This document shows positions 29,789 to 39,737 of a stretch of 64,000 nucleotides of DNA, piece after piece. Position numbers and translations under genes: made by a program. Position 1 is the stretch's first letter. Each line of letters starts with the position of its first letter. This DNA is from Steroidobacteraceae bacterium (GTDB lineage Bacteria > Pseudomonadota > Gammaproteobacteria > Steroidobacterales > Steroidobacteraceae), in assembly GCA_035534275.1 (NCBI GenBank), contig DATLSG010000016.1, forward strand, positions 9,380 through 73,379, in the 5' to 3' direction. The notes beneath the pieces were generated by a model. That model did no database searches, was not told where the DNA came from, and saw only the letters and a program-made list of their open reading frames with translations.

Positions 29789-31279
29789 CTATCGGTCGCA
29801 GCCGGCTATCGTGAGGCCGAAACTCGCCTCATTGATTGCGTAATCCATCATGTTGCTCTCGTGTACAGTGAACGCGAACACCCGCCAGTTCGAAAAGCTC
29901 GGGGATTTGATCTTGACCCGTGCCAGGCGCCCGCGGCCATCGACATGCACCGAGTAGTACAGAGAGCCGCGCGGCGATTCGCACCAGCCGATGCCCTCGG
30001 CGCCCGGTGCGACCTCACACACGCTGCGGATCGGACCGTCGGGCAGGGATTCCAGCGCACGTTCGATGAGCCGGACGCTGCGATGTATTTCGGCGATGCG
30101 TACCTGCTGGCGTGCGTGGGCGTCGCCGGCCTGCCGCACGGCGATCTCGACCGGCAACTGCGGATACGCGGCGTACGGTTGGTCCTGGCGCAGGTCGCGC
30201 TCGAGCCCCGAGGCGCGCTCGACCGGACCGGTGGCGCCTTGGTCGAACGCGAGCTTGCGGCTGAGTACGCCGGTCGTGATGAGCCGATCGAGGTGCGACG
30301 ACGTCGACTCGAGCATCTCGGCGTACGCGCCGAGTTCGGCATCCAGCGGGCCCAGGGCATCGAGCAAACCCGCGAGCCGCGGCATGCGCCGCAATCCGCC
30401 GGGAGCAATCAGGCCGCGCAGCAGACGGTTGCCGGTCGCGCGGCCGTTGATCTGCTTCGCGAGCTCCTCGAGGTACTTGCCTTCGGCTTCGCCGACTTTG
30501 AGCGTGGTCGCATGACATAGATGGCCAAGGTAATGCAGGTGGTTGTAGAGTCGCTCGAGCTCGGCGAGCAGCACACGCAGCCAGCGTGCGCGCGCGGGCA
30601 CCGCGCAGCCCGCCGCCGATTCGAGCGCCTGGCAATAGGCGAGCGCATGGGCGACGCTGCCGACCCCGGATACGCGCTCGGCGAGCACCGCGCCGAGCTC
30701 GGGCGCGAGTCCCTCGAATCGCAGCTCCATGCCGCGGTGCTTGAAGAATAGCTGCGGGTGGTAGTGAACGATGGCTTCGCCGAGATAATAGAAATCGAAC
30801 TGCGCGGACTCGACTACGTCGGCGCGCACCGGGCCGAACGGCAGTATCTGCACCTCGCCCGAGGTTCGGCCGGCAATTTCCGGCAGAGGCGGCGGCGCCG
30901 GCGTGTAGCGCACGGTGGCCCGTGAGCCGGGCAGCAAAGGCGGGACTGAGGCCTGCGCGCCCGGCAGAAGCACGAGCGGTCTTGGCTCCGGCAGGTTTTC
31001 AAAATGCAGGCCGCACAGATCGGTGACTTCCCGCTCGTACCACGACAGCAGCGGCGCGATCGCGGCGAGACTGGGTGTCCCCTCCGGACCCGGACGGCAA
31101 CGCCAGATCCGCATCGCTTGCGTGCCGCGATGAATCAGGTACCGGAGCTCCGGCGTCCCGGCCTCGCGGTCCGGGAACCAGGCATAGAGCATCTGCAGGC
31201 GTTCGCCGGCGCCGACCGCGTTCTCGCAGCGCCGCTGCAGATCCGCCACCGCCACGTCTTCGAGTTGCGGCGCGCTCAT
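29789..31279 (-). CDS. NuoC-NuoD/HycE-like 'large subunit' lacking the [NiFe] cysteine ligands (Ehr-type)
   Basis: 496 aa from the ATG at 31279, which overlaps the upstream stop as ATGA. L1 motif is ERVSGVGSVAH versus hydrogenase R-x-C-G-x-C-x-x-x-H. The C-terminus is GLTIAGCDR-stop versus D-P-C-x-x-C-x-x-R. The 881-aa track ORF is an upstream extension overlapping the previous gene. Confidence 0.85.
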   Translation of the reverse strand: MSAPQLEDVAVADLQRRCENAVGAGERLQMLYAWFPDREAGTPELRYLIHRGTQAMRIWRCRPGPEGTPSLAAIAPLLSWYEREVTDLCGLHFENLPEPRPLVLLPGAQASVPPLLPGSRATVRYTPAPPPLPEIAGRTSGEVQILPFGPVRADVVESAQFDFYYLGEAIVHYHPQLFFKHRGMELRFEGLAPELGAVLAERVSGVGSVAHALAYCQALESAAGCAVPARARWLRVLLAELERLYNHLHYLGHLCHATTLKVGEAEGKYLEELAKQINGRATGNRLLRGLIAPGGLRRMPRLAGLLDALGPLDAELGAYAEMLESTSSHLDRLITTGVLSRKLAFDQGATGPVERASGLERDLRQDQPYAAYPQLPVEIAVRQAGDAHARQQVRIAEIHRSVRLIERALESLPDGPIRSVCEVAPGAEGIGWCESPRGSLYYSVHVDGRGRLARVKIKSPSFSNWRVFAFTVHESNMMDYAINEASFGLTIAGCDR

Positions 31280-32799
31280 GGAACGGCCTTGCCCGAGAGT
31301 TGGGCGGCGACGACCGAAAAATAGTGGGAGATGGCCTGCGGCCACCATAGTCCCAGTACCAGCAGGGGCACGAGCGCCAACCACATCGGCAGCACGCACC
31401 AGACGCTCTCGCGCACCGGTGCGCGGGCGGCCCCCGCCGATCCGCCCGTCTGCGCACCCGCCGGCGCCGCGGTGTGTCCGCCAAAGTACATCGCGCGGAA
31501 ATGATCGAGGAAGCCGACGAAAATCACGACCAGCAGCGGCAGCATCACGAACACGGCCCAGGCGTTGACCCCTGCCAGGCCCGCACGCATGATCGTAAGT
31601 TCGCTCAAGAACAAGCTGAAGGGCGGCGCCCCGGTGATCGCCACCGCCCCGGCGAGCCAAAGGAGCCCCGAGGCCGGCAGGGAGCGCAGCACGCGGTGGA
31701 TGCGGCTGATCCGCTTCGTGTGAAATGCCTGCATCGTGTTGCCGGCGCCGAAGAACATCAGCGACTTGTTCAAGGAATGCCCGAGCATGTGATACAGCGC
31801 GCCCGCGATCCCGAGCGGCCCGCCGAAACCGAAGCCCAGGGTCATGATGCCCATGTGCTCGACGCTCGAATAAGCCATGAGACGCTTGATGCCGCGCTGG
31901 CGCACGATGAACAGCGCGGCGATGAACAGCGAAAACGCGCCGATCGAGACCACCACGAGGCGCGGCAGGGCTCCGAGACGGCCTCGGTCCGCGACTTGGA
32001 GAAAACGCACGATTCCGATCATCGCCGTATTGAGCAGTGCACCGGAAAGCATCGCCGACACCGGCGCGGGTCCCTCGCTGTGGGCATCCGGCAGCCACGT
32101 GTGCATCGGCGCGAGACCCACTTTGGTGCCGAAGCCGATCAGCACGAGGAGAAACGCGGCGAGTGCGACGGTCGGGTTCAGCTGCGGTGCGACGGTGCGC
32201 AGGGCCGCCCAAGTCAAGTCGTAGGTGGGGCCCATGCGCAGGCTGCCCGCCCAATAGAACAGGATGATCCCGAGGAGCGCCAGGCTGATCCCCGCGGAAA
32301 CCACGACGATGTATTTCCACGCGGCCTCGACGCTGTCGCGGCGGAGCTCGAAACACACGAGAAACGTGCTGACGAGCGTCGTCAGTTCGATCGCGATCCA
32401 GTACACGCCGATGTTGTTCATCAGCGGACCGCACAAGGTGGTAAGCGCGAAACCGGCGAAAAGTGCATAGAAACGATGCAGGCGGCCCGCCTCATCGAGT
32501 CGGCGCATGTAGCCGATCGCATAGATCGACGAAAGCAGATACACGCTCGCGACACTGAGCAGGACCCAGGCGCCGAGCGCGTCGACGATCAGGTAGCCGT
32601 GCCAGAACGTCAGTGTCCTCACGAGTGCTCGCGGCAGCAGCAGCAGCACGGCTGCAAGGACCGAGACGGCCGCGGTCAGATTGAGGTATTCGGCCGGCCG
32701 CGGCCGCCTCGCGAGCAAACAGCCCAGCACTGCGGCGAGCGGTGCGAGGAGAATCACCCCGAGCAAACCGCCCACGATCCGGTCGTTCGCATCCATCAT
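31276..32799 (-). CDS. antiporter-like membrane subunit (HyfF/NuoN/NuoM-like)
   Basis: 507 aa from the ATG at 32799 (ATGA overlap). Contains GLAPMHTWLPDAHSEGPAPVSAMLSGALLNTAM and MAYSSVEHMGIM motifs. Confidence 0.85.
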   Translation of the reverse strand: MMDANDRIVGGLLGVILLAPLAAVLGCLLARRPRPAEYLNLTAAVSVLAAVLLLLPRALVRTLTFWHGYLIVDALGAWVLLSVASVYLLSSIYAIGYMRRLDEAGRLHRFYALFAGFALTTLCGPLMNNIGVYWIAIELTTLVSTFLVCFELRRDSVEAAWKYIVVVSAGISLALLGIILFYWAGSLRMGPTYDLTWAALRTVAPQLNPTVALAAFLLVLIGFGTKVGLAPMHTWLPDAHSEGPAPVSAMLSGALLNTAMIGIVRFLQVADRGRLGALPRLVVVSIGAFSLFIAALFIVRQRGIKRLMAYSSVEHMGIMTLGFGFGGPLGIAGALYHMLGHSLNKSLMFFGAGNTMQAFHTKRISRIHRVLRSLPASGLLWLAGAVAITGAPPFSLFLSELTIMRAGLAGVNAWAVFVMLPLLVVIFVGFLDHFRAMYFGGHTAAPAGAQTGGSAGAARAPVRESVWCVLPMWLALVPLLVLGLWWPQAISHYFSVVAAQLSGKAVP

Positions 32800-33476
32800 C
32801 CCACCAATCGGCGCAAGTCGTGAGCGCTCGACGTCCCCGCGTGCAGGAGGAGGTATCGGACCAGCACACCGAAGCATGCGACCACGACGAGCAGGTCGAA
32901 GAGGATCACGAGTTCGATCAACAGCGGCATGCCGGGCACCAAAATCTGGGAACCGAGGAAAATGCCGTTCTCCAGTACCAGGAGACCGAGAATCTGACTG
33001 ATCACCTCGCCGCGCACGGCCAGCATCAGGAAACCGATCAGCTTCATCGACAACATGACGGTCAACGCGAGCACGGCCACGCTACCGGCGATCCCCAAGG
33101 AAATGCCGACGTGATCGGCGACGACGAAGGCGAATATCACGAGCAGCGCGCCGACCACGAGGCTAGAGCTCGGCGAGAGCCGCTCGTGCAGTTCGCGGTC
33201 CACATTCATCTGGCGGACGATGCGCAGGAGCAGGTAGGGCAGCAGCAAGCCGCGAAACAGCGCCGTGAGGACGGCGATCAGATACAGTTCGGGATAGTGT
33301 CCGTAATAGCCGATTGCCACGGACAACAGTGCGATCAACCAGGATTGCACGGCGAAGGCGAGCAGATAGTCCTTGAGCCAGCGCGATCCGAGCATCACGA
33401 ACGCAAGCAGCAGGCTCGCGATCGCGAGGAGGCTGAAGAGCGATGCGGCGAGCGGCGGCAGATGCACGGCGAACAT
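32796..33476 (-). CDS. HyfE-like small polytopic membrane subunit (NuoK-related)
   Basis: About 226 aa and very hydrophobic (LFSLLAIASLLLAFVMLGS..., LVLENGIFLG...). It occupies the HyfE position between the HycD-like and HyfF-like genes. Confidence 0.7.
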   Translation of the reverse strand: MFAVHLPPLAASLFSLLAIASLLLAFVMLGSRWLKDYLLAFAVQSWLIALLSVAIGYYGHYPELYLIAVLTALFRGLLLPYLLLRIVRQMNVDRELHERLSPSSSLVVGALLVIFAFVVADHVGISLGIAGSVAVLALTVMLSMKLIGFLMLAVRGEVISQILGLLVLENGIFLGSQILVPGMPLLIELVILFDLLVVVACFGVLVRYLLLHAGTSSAHDLRRLVG

Positions 33477-33480
33477 GACG

Positions 33481-34422
33481 TCAACGCAATTGGTTGGCGA
33501 CGATCGCCAGCACCGCAAGCAGGAAAGAGGCGGCCAACGGCTCCTGATAGCGGAAATAGCGCAACCGCGACTGGACCGTCTCGACGAACACGACCGCGAG
33601 TGCGACGAACGAGAACTTGCCGAGCAACGCCGCGGCGGCGCCGACGGCGCCGATCGCGGAGCCGTGGTGCGACAGCCACCAGGGGAGCAGGAGCACGTTG
33701 CAGAAGATCGTATAAAGGATGAACTGCTTCATCATGGCGGCCCACTTCAGCAGTGCGAGCAGCGGTCCCGAGTATTCCAATATGCGCGCCTCGTCGATCA
33801 TGTAGACCTCGATGTGCGTGCTGGAGTGGATCGGCAGGCGGTCGGTCTCCACGAGCAGCAAAATGAAAAAGGCCGCCACCAGGAACAGGTGCGCGGGACC
33901 CCAATAGACCGCGGGTTGCCCGGCCAGAAGGTGGTTCACGACGAACGGCAACATGGCCTTGGCGAGCAGGGTGATGCCGACGAAGACCAGGATCAGGGTG
34001 GGTTCGGCCAGGATCCCGAGCATCACGGCACGCGATGCGCCAATGCCGCCATATGCGCCGCCGGAATCCAATCCGGCAAGCGTGATCATGAACGAACCGA
34101 GCGTCAGGATGAACCCGCCACCAAGGATGTCGCCCATGTCGGACAAGGGCAGCGGATAGTCGGTCAACACGGGGATCAGGATCGGCACCGTCAGCATGCA
34201 GGTGAACGCGACGACCGGCGCGATCCAATAGATGAAGCTCGCCGTCTCCGGGACGACCGCTTGCTTATGCAACAGCTTCCACAGGTCGCGGTACGGCTGC
34301 AGGATCCCGGGACCCTGCGCGCGCTGCACGCGCTCCTCCCACTGCAGGATCACTCCCTGCAGCAGTGGCGCGAGCAGCATCACGCTCAGTACTTGGGCGA
34401 TTTGCAGCAGGATGTCGCGCAT
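33481..34422 (-). CDS. HycD/HyfC/NuoH-like membrane subunit
   Basis: 313 aa from the ATG at 34422. MRDILLQIAQVLSVMLLAPLLQGVILQWEERVQRAQGPGILQPYRDLWKLLHK is the characteristic HycD/NuoH N-terminus. AGGA lies about 10 nt upstream. Confidence 0.85.
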   Translation of the reverse strand: MRDILLQIAQVLSVMLLAPLLQGVILQWEERVQRAQGPGILQPYRDLWKLLHKQAVVPETASFIYWIAPVVAFTCMLTVPILIPVLTDYPLPLSDMGDILGGGFILTLGSFMITLAGLDSGGAYGGIGASRAVMLGILAEPTLILVFVGITLLAKAMLPFVVNHLLAGQPAVYWGPAHLFLVAAFFILLLVETDRLPIHSSTHIEVYMIDEARILEYSGPLLALLKWAAMMKQFILYTIFCNVLLLPWWLSHHGSAIGAVGAAAALLGKFSFVALAVVFVETVQSRLRYFRYQEPLAASFLLAVLAIVANQLR

Positions 34423-34507
34423 CACGCCGTCCTGCGCTGCAGACGAACGGCCGGCGCGAACTGCGCACCCGGGGCCCGAACGGTCGATCGGTTGAGTGTC
34501 GCCGCCA

Positions 34508-34532
34508 CCAAACCCTCTCTTCATCCAGAGGT
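34508..34532 (-). terminator. weak hairpin plus U-containing tract downstream of the riboswitch aptamer (possible expression platform)
   Basis: RNA is CCUCU-GGAUGAAG-AGAGG followed by GUUUGGU. The stem is only 5 bp and the U tract is poor. No clear competing pairing with the aptamer 3' strand was found. Confidence 0.25.
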
Positions 34533-34540
34533 CGGATTAT

Positions 34541-34593
34541 GGTAGGCATCATCGGCCGAGAATCCGGCGGTTCGAGGAGGAATGCCATCTCCC
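34541..34593 (-). promoter_or_regulatory. fluoride riboswitch (crcB RNA motif) aptamer
   Basis: Minus-strand RNA is GGGAGAUGGCAUUCCUCCUCGAACCGCCGGAUUCUCGGCCGAUGAUGCCUACC. P1 is GGAG/CUCC around AUGGCAUU. The conserved GAACCGCC is present. P3 is GCCG-GAUUCU-CGGC. The conserved GAUGAUGCCUAC is present. The pseudoknot is GGCAU:AUGCC. Confidence 0.85.
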
Positions 34594-34601
34594 GCGGATT
34601 C

Positions 34602-34630
34602 AATATACTAGCTGCGACAGAGCGCGGCAA
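34602..34630 (-). promoter_or_regulatory. sigma-70-like promoter driving the riboswitch leader
   Basis: On the minus strand, TTGCCG (34630-34625), a 17 nt spacer, then TATATT (34607-34602). The -10 ends 8 nt before the first aptamer G. Confidence 0.55.
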
Positions 34631-34710
34631 GCCGCGCAACGCGAGCATGCAAACGGATCACCGGACATTGTGCAGGCAACTCGCCGTAGCGCGCCGCGGC
34701 GTGAGAGAAT

Positions 34711-36117
<1,407 letters not shown>

Positions 36118-36298
36118 TCATAACCGATGGCTGCCGCCGCAGTGCCGGACGGCGATCGCGCCGGCGATGCACCTGAGGAATCTGTCGCAAACCGGCCCGA
36201 AGGCCGCCTGACGGCTAGCGCGGGAGCTACCGTGCGATGAGTGCTCGCGCGCGACCGCAGTGGCCGCGCGCGAGCAGTGGGCCTTTAAACCGCGGCGA

Positions 36299-38374
36299 TC
36301 AGTTTTCGCCCCGGCCTCGTTGTTCACCGCCGAACGCCTGCACGAAGTTCCATCCGTTCGGCGTGCCGACACCCGTCGCTGGATCCCAACCCGGGCCCGT
36401 CTGCAGCGTCGAGTCGGTGCCAAAGGTCAGCACGAACCAGCGGGTCGAGAAGGGACTGTTGTACAGGGCGCTGACGAAGGTCGGCAGGCCCTGCAGGGGC
36501 AGCGCGAGATCCCATGGCGTGAGATTCTGCGTGCCGTTCGAATCCTCGATCACACCGCTCACGTTGGAGCGCATATCCGGCGTCCCGTCGATGTCCGTGA
36601 TCGCGCCGGGAGGCAGGCGATACAGATACGGTGCCGCCTGTCCGAGCGCGTGCCCGGCACGCTGGGCGGCGATGCCCCAAAGTGCCGAGAACATCGGGGT
36701 CGCGAGGCTCGTGCCGCCGATCACGCCGATCGACTGATCGCCGAGGTTGTCGACGCTCTCGACGATTTCGACACCGGTGTACGGGTCGGCTACCCAGGAG
36801 ACGTCCGGGACCAGACGCCGTTGTCCGCCGAGACCGCGCTGGAACGACGGCAAGCGGTAGACGTTGCTGGTTCCGCCGCCGCCGCCATAGACGAAGCCCT
36901 CATTGTTCGGCGGGTCGATCGGCGGGTTGCCGAGAGAGGCCTTGTCGGCCACCTCGGTGATGTTGTTGCCCCAGCTCGTCTGGAACAGGATGTGCTGATT
37001 TCGATCGAGCGCGACGCTGACGCCGCCGACAGCGGTTGCGTACGGCGAGCTCGCCGGATAGTTCACGTCCTGGTAGCCGAGGTCGTAGGTCTCGTTGCCC
37101 TCGTCACCGCTCGCGAAGTTGACGGCGATGCCCCGTGAGTTCGCGAGCATCAATATCTGGTCACCTGATTGGCGCAGTTGCACGTCGGTGCCGGATTCGT
37201 AGCCCGACCAGCTGTTCGAGATCGCGACCACGCCCGGTTGCATCGCGGCCATTGCGATCGCGGCGAACAGGTCATCGAAGGAGTTCGTCGGCGCGACCAC
37301 CAGCAGGATATTCGCTCCCGGCGCAATTGCGTGTACCCACTCGACGTCGAGTGTCGTCTCGTCCGCCCAGCCCGCGTTCGGATCACCCGAGAACGGCGAT
37401 TCGGTCGAAGTGCCGAGCACGGTCAGATTGGCCGGCGGCAGGCCCATCACCTGGGAGAATGTCGCCAGGTCGGCCTGCACGGTCGTCGAGCCGTACGCGT
37501 CAACGATCGCGATCGTCTCACCGGTGCCGTCGAGCCCGACCCGATACAACGGACTCAGGTTGTACGCGGTCTGCAGGTCGCTCGGTTGGTAGCCGCAAGG
37601 CGGCAGCGATCCGATTGCTTGGTTGTTGATGTCGGCGCCATAGCGCAGCCCCTGATAGGTCGCAGTCGCACCGTTGCCGCTGAATGTCTGCGTCGTCGGC
37701 GGATAAAAGCACTGTGCCGAGAAGAACAGACCCTTCGCCCCGGCCGTGAGCGGAATCATCCGCGGGCTTGCGCCCTCGGGGTCGCTCGCGCGAGCGACGT
37801 TCGGCTTCACGAAGCCGCGCGCCGGCGCCCGAGCGACGTTCGGCCGGGCACCGAGGCTGGATATGCCGCCGATCGAGGCTACCAGCGGGGCAATCTCCCC
37901 GGGTATCGTCGGGCTCGTCGCGCTGGCGTGAAACGTCTCGCCGTTCAGCGTGTAGCGATGCAAAGTGACGTCGAACGCGGATTCGACGTTCGCGGCCGTG
38001 CCCGACGCTCTGACGAATAGATTATTCGGCCCCACATCGGTCACCGCGAGGCCCCGCGACTTCAGAAAATTGCTGACCGCCGCGACGTCATTGGCGCTCG
38101 GTGCATTGCGCGCGGCGATCTGCGCGTTCGTCAACCAATTCGCCGTCCCTCGCTGCTGTTCGGCGAGCGTGCGCTGCAGAGCCGCCTGGTCATGCAGTTT
38201 CAGCCAGACCGTGATGCGGACGGCGCTCGATTGACTCATGGGTCCGAGATCCGTCGCGCGCGCGAGCGGCGATTGCGCGGAGATTCCGCCATTGCTCGCG
38301 TGCGCGAGCATGCCGCACGCCGAGAGCGAAGCGAGACAAACGGCGGCAATACGAACTATTTTTCGGTTTAGCAT
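36299..38374 (-). CDS. S53 (sedolisin/kumamolisin-type) serine peptidase with pro-enzyme activation domain
   Basis: Signal peptide. Pro-domain (RITVWLKLHDQAALQ...). Catalytic-domain motifs SGDEG and GGTSLATPMFSALWG. ATG at 38374 is preceded by AGGGG. Confidence 0.85.
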   Translation of the reverse strand: MLNRKIVRIAAVCLASLSACGMLAHASNGGISAQSPLARATDLGPMSQSSAVRITVWLKLHDQAALQRTLAEQQRGTANWLTNAQIAARNAPSANDVAAVSNFLKSRGLAVTDVGPNNLFVRASGTAANVESAFDVTLHRYTLNGETFHASATSPTIPGEIAPLVASIGGISSLGARPNVARAPARGFVKPNVARASDPEGASPRMIPLTAGAKGLFFSAQCFYPPTTQTFSGNGATATYQGLRYGADINNQAIGSLPPCGYQPSDLQTAYNLSPLYRVGLDGTGETIAIVDAYGSTTVQADLATFSQVMGLPPANLTVLGTSTESPFSGDPNAGWADETTLDVEWVHAIAPGANILLVVAPTNSFDDLFAAIAMAAMQPGVVAISNSWSGYESGTDVQLRQSGDQILMLANSRGIAVNFASGDEGNETYDLGYQDVNYPASSPYATAVGGVSVALDRNQHILFQTSWGNNITEVADKASLGNPPIDPPNNEGFVYGGGGGTSNVYRLPSFQRGLGGQRRLVPDVSWVADPYTGVEIVESVDNLGDQSIGVIGGTSLATPMFSALWGIAAQRAGHALGQAAPYLYRLPPGAITDIDGTPDMRSNVSGVIEDSNGTQNLTPWDLALPLQGLPTFVSALYNSPFSTRWFVLTFGTDSTLQTGPGWDPATGVGTPNGWNFVQAFGGEQRGRGEN

Positions 38375-38770
38375 ACATCGCACCCCTAGCTTTTTGCGAA
38401 CACGCCCGCCGTCCGGAGCCGATGCGCCATGTCATCGGTCCATCGAGTCGAATGCGTTCATTTGCGTTTCATTCGCGGACGTTGGCTTTTGATGGCGCAC
38501 CACCCCTGAGCGGCGAGGACCACCATGTCGTTGACGCTACATCCATCGTCGTTGCACGTCAATGCACGGACGCGGGCGCGCCTTTTTGACATATGCCGGT
38601 CGTTCTCCCGGGATGCCGATCGGCGCTGCTCCTTTTGGCTGCGTTCGGCAGGCATATGGCCAAGGGGGCCGGAGCGCCCGGCCAAGCCACGCCGACCGGC
38701 GTGACGCAGGCGCGCCGCCCCGCCGCCGGCGAACCGCGCGATCGGCTCCGGCGTGCCGCCATCGGCTTCA

Positions 38771-39685
38771 TCAGCGCCGCGGCGGCACGCGGTCGCGCGC
38801 CAGCGCTTGGCACATGCAGTGCACGGCGCCACCGCCGGCGGCGATCATCGAAACGTCCGGATCATAGACGGTCAGACCCTCGGCGCGACAAGCGGCGATC
38901 AGCGCCTTGCTGGACGAGGGAATCACGACGCGGTCATTGCCGAGCGACACCACGTTCGTCCCCAGTTGCATGGCGTCGGCGTACGCGACCGGCAGCACGC
39001 GAATGCGCTGCGCCTGCAGCCAGGCGACGAATTCCGGTTCCACCGCTTCGACGCACAGCACGGCCAGACCCTCCGCCAGTACGCCCAGTTGCACGTCGAG
39101 GTGTAAAAAATGCGGATCGAATGCGTAGCTGCGAAATTCCCAACCCTCAGCCTCGAACCATCCGCGCACTTGGTTCACGGCGGGCTCGATCGAACGCTCT
39201 CCGGAATGACCACAAACGGCGAGCCCCGGCTCGAGCACCATGAGGTCCCCACCCTCGACGTTGCCGGCGGTAACCAGGTCGTAGATCGGAATCCCGGCAT
39301 CGAGGTAGAAGCGCAGGCAGGCTGCGTATTCACCGCGACGATACACCTTCTGCAACTGCATGATGACCGCGCCCCAGGGCGTCATCACGCTGCTGTCGCG
39401 GGCGAACAGCTGGTAGGGCAGCTCGGGCTCGGCCGGCAGCACGTGCACCTCGACACCGGCCTGACGGTACACGTCGAGCATTTCACCGTATTGGCGCCGT
39501 GCGCTATCTGAGTCGAATCGCAATCCGACACGTGCCGCCCGCTGTGCGACCGCGTTGCCCGGCTGCCATTTGAAATGATCGATCGGCCCGACCAGCACCT
39601 TGCGCAGGACGCCGTATTCGCTGTCGACACCCCATTGCTGCGGACGCGGCGTGTTGCCGCCGGCGACCCTGGTACTCAGCGTCAT
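38771..39685 (-). CDS. amidinotransferase / DDAH / arginine-deiminase-superfamily protein
   Basis: 304 aa from the ATG at 39685. Contains FARDSSVMTPWGAVI... and the C-terminal catalytic GGGAVHCMCQAL. Confidence 0.7.
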   Translation of the reverse strand: MTLSTRVAGGNTPRPQQWGVDSEYGVLRKVLVGPIDHFKWQPGNAVAQRAARVGLRFDSDSARRQYGEMLDVYRQAGVEVHVLPAEPELPYQLFARDSSVMTPWGAVIMQLQKVYRRGEYAACLRFYLDAGIPIYDLVTAGNVEGGDLMVLEPGLAVCGHSGERSIEPAVNQVRGWFEAEGWEFRSYAFDPHFLHLDVQLGVLAEGLAVLCVEAVEPEFVAWLQAQRIRVLPVAYADAMQLGTNVVSLGNDRVVIPSSSKALIAACRAEGLTVYDPDVSMIAAGGGAVHCMCQALARDRVPPRR

Positions 39686-39737
39686 CGCGTGTCCTTCCCC
39701 GGCGCCGCGGCGCGCGCCCGTCCGTGCACCATGCCCA

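Noticed and set aside
29789-32434. 881-aa ORF in the track that would fuse the large subunit to a long N-terminal extension
   Set aside because: The upstream 385 codons are Arg/Pro/Gly-rich low-complexity sequence overlapping the genuine HyfF-like gene in another frame. The HycE-like sequence starts at the internal ATG 31279, which forms an ATGA overlap with the upstream stop.
26365-34422. Reading the operon as a functional H2-evolving formate hydrogenlyase / hydrogenase-4
   Set aside because: The large subunit lacks both CxxC NiFe motifs and has no processed C-terminal extension. No fdhF, hyp or hycI genes are in the window.
34524-34524. Alternative ATG at 34524 extending the HycD-like protein by 34 residues to just 17 nt after the aptamer
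   Set aside because: The extension (MKRGFGGGDTQPIDRSGPGCAVRAGRSS...) is non-homologous and low complexity and lacks an SD. The ATG at 34422 gives the canonical HycD/NuoH N-terminus and has an AGGA.
36528-36545. tRNA-like T-loop string GTTCGAATCC
   Set aside because: The flanking bases cannot form a T-stem or an acceptor stem, and it lies inside the well-supported S53 peptidase coding region.
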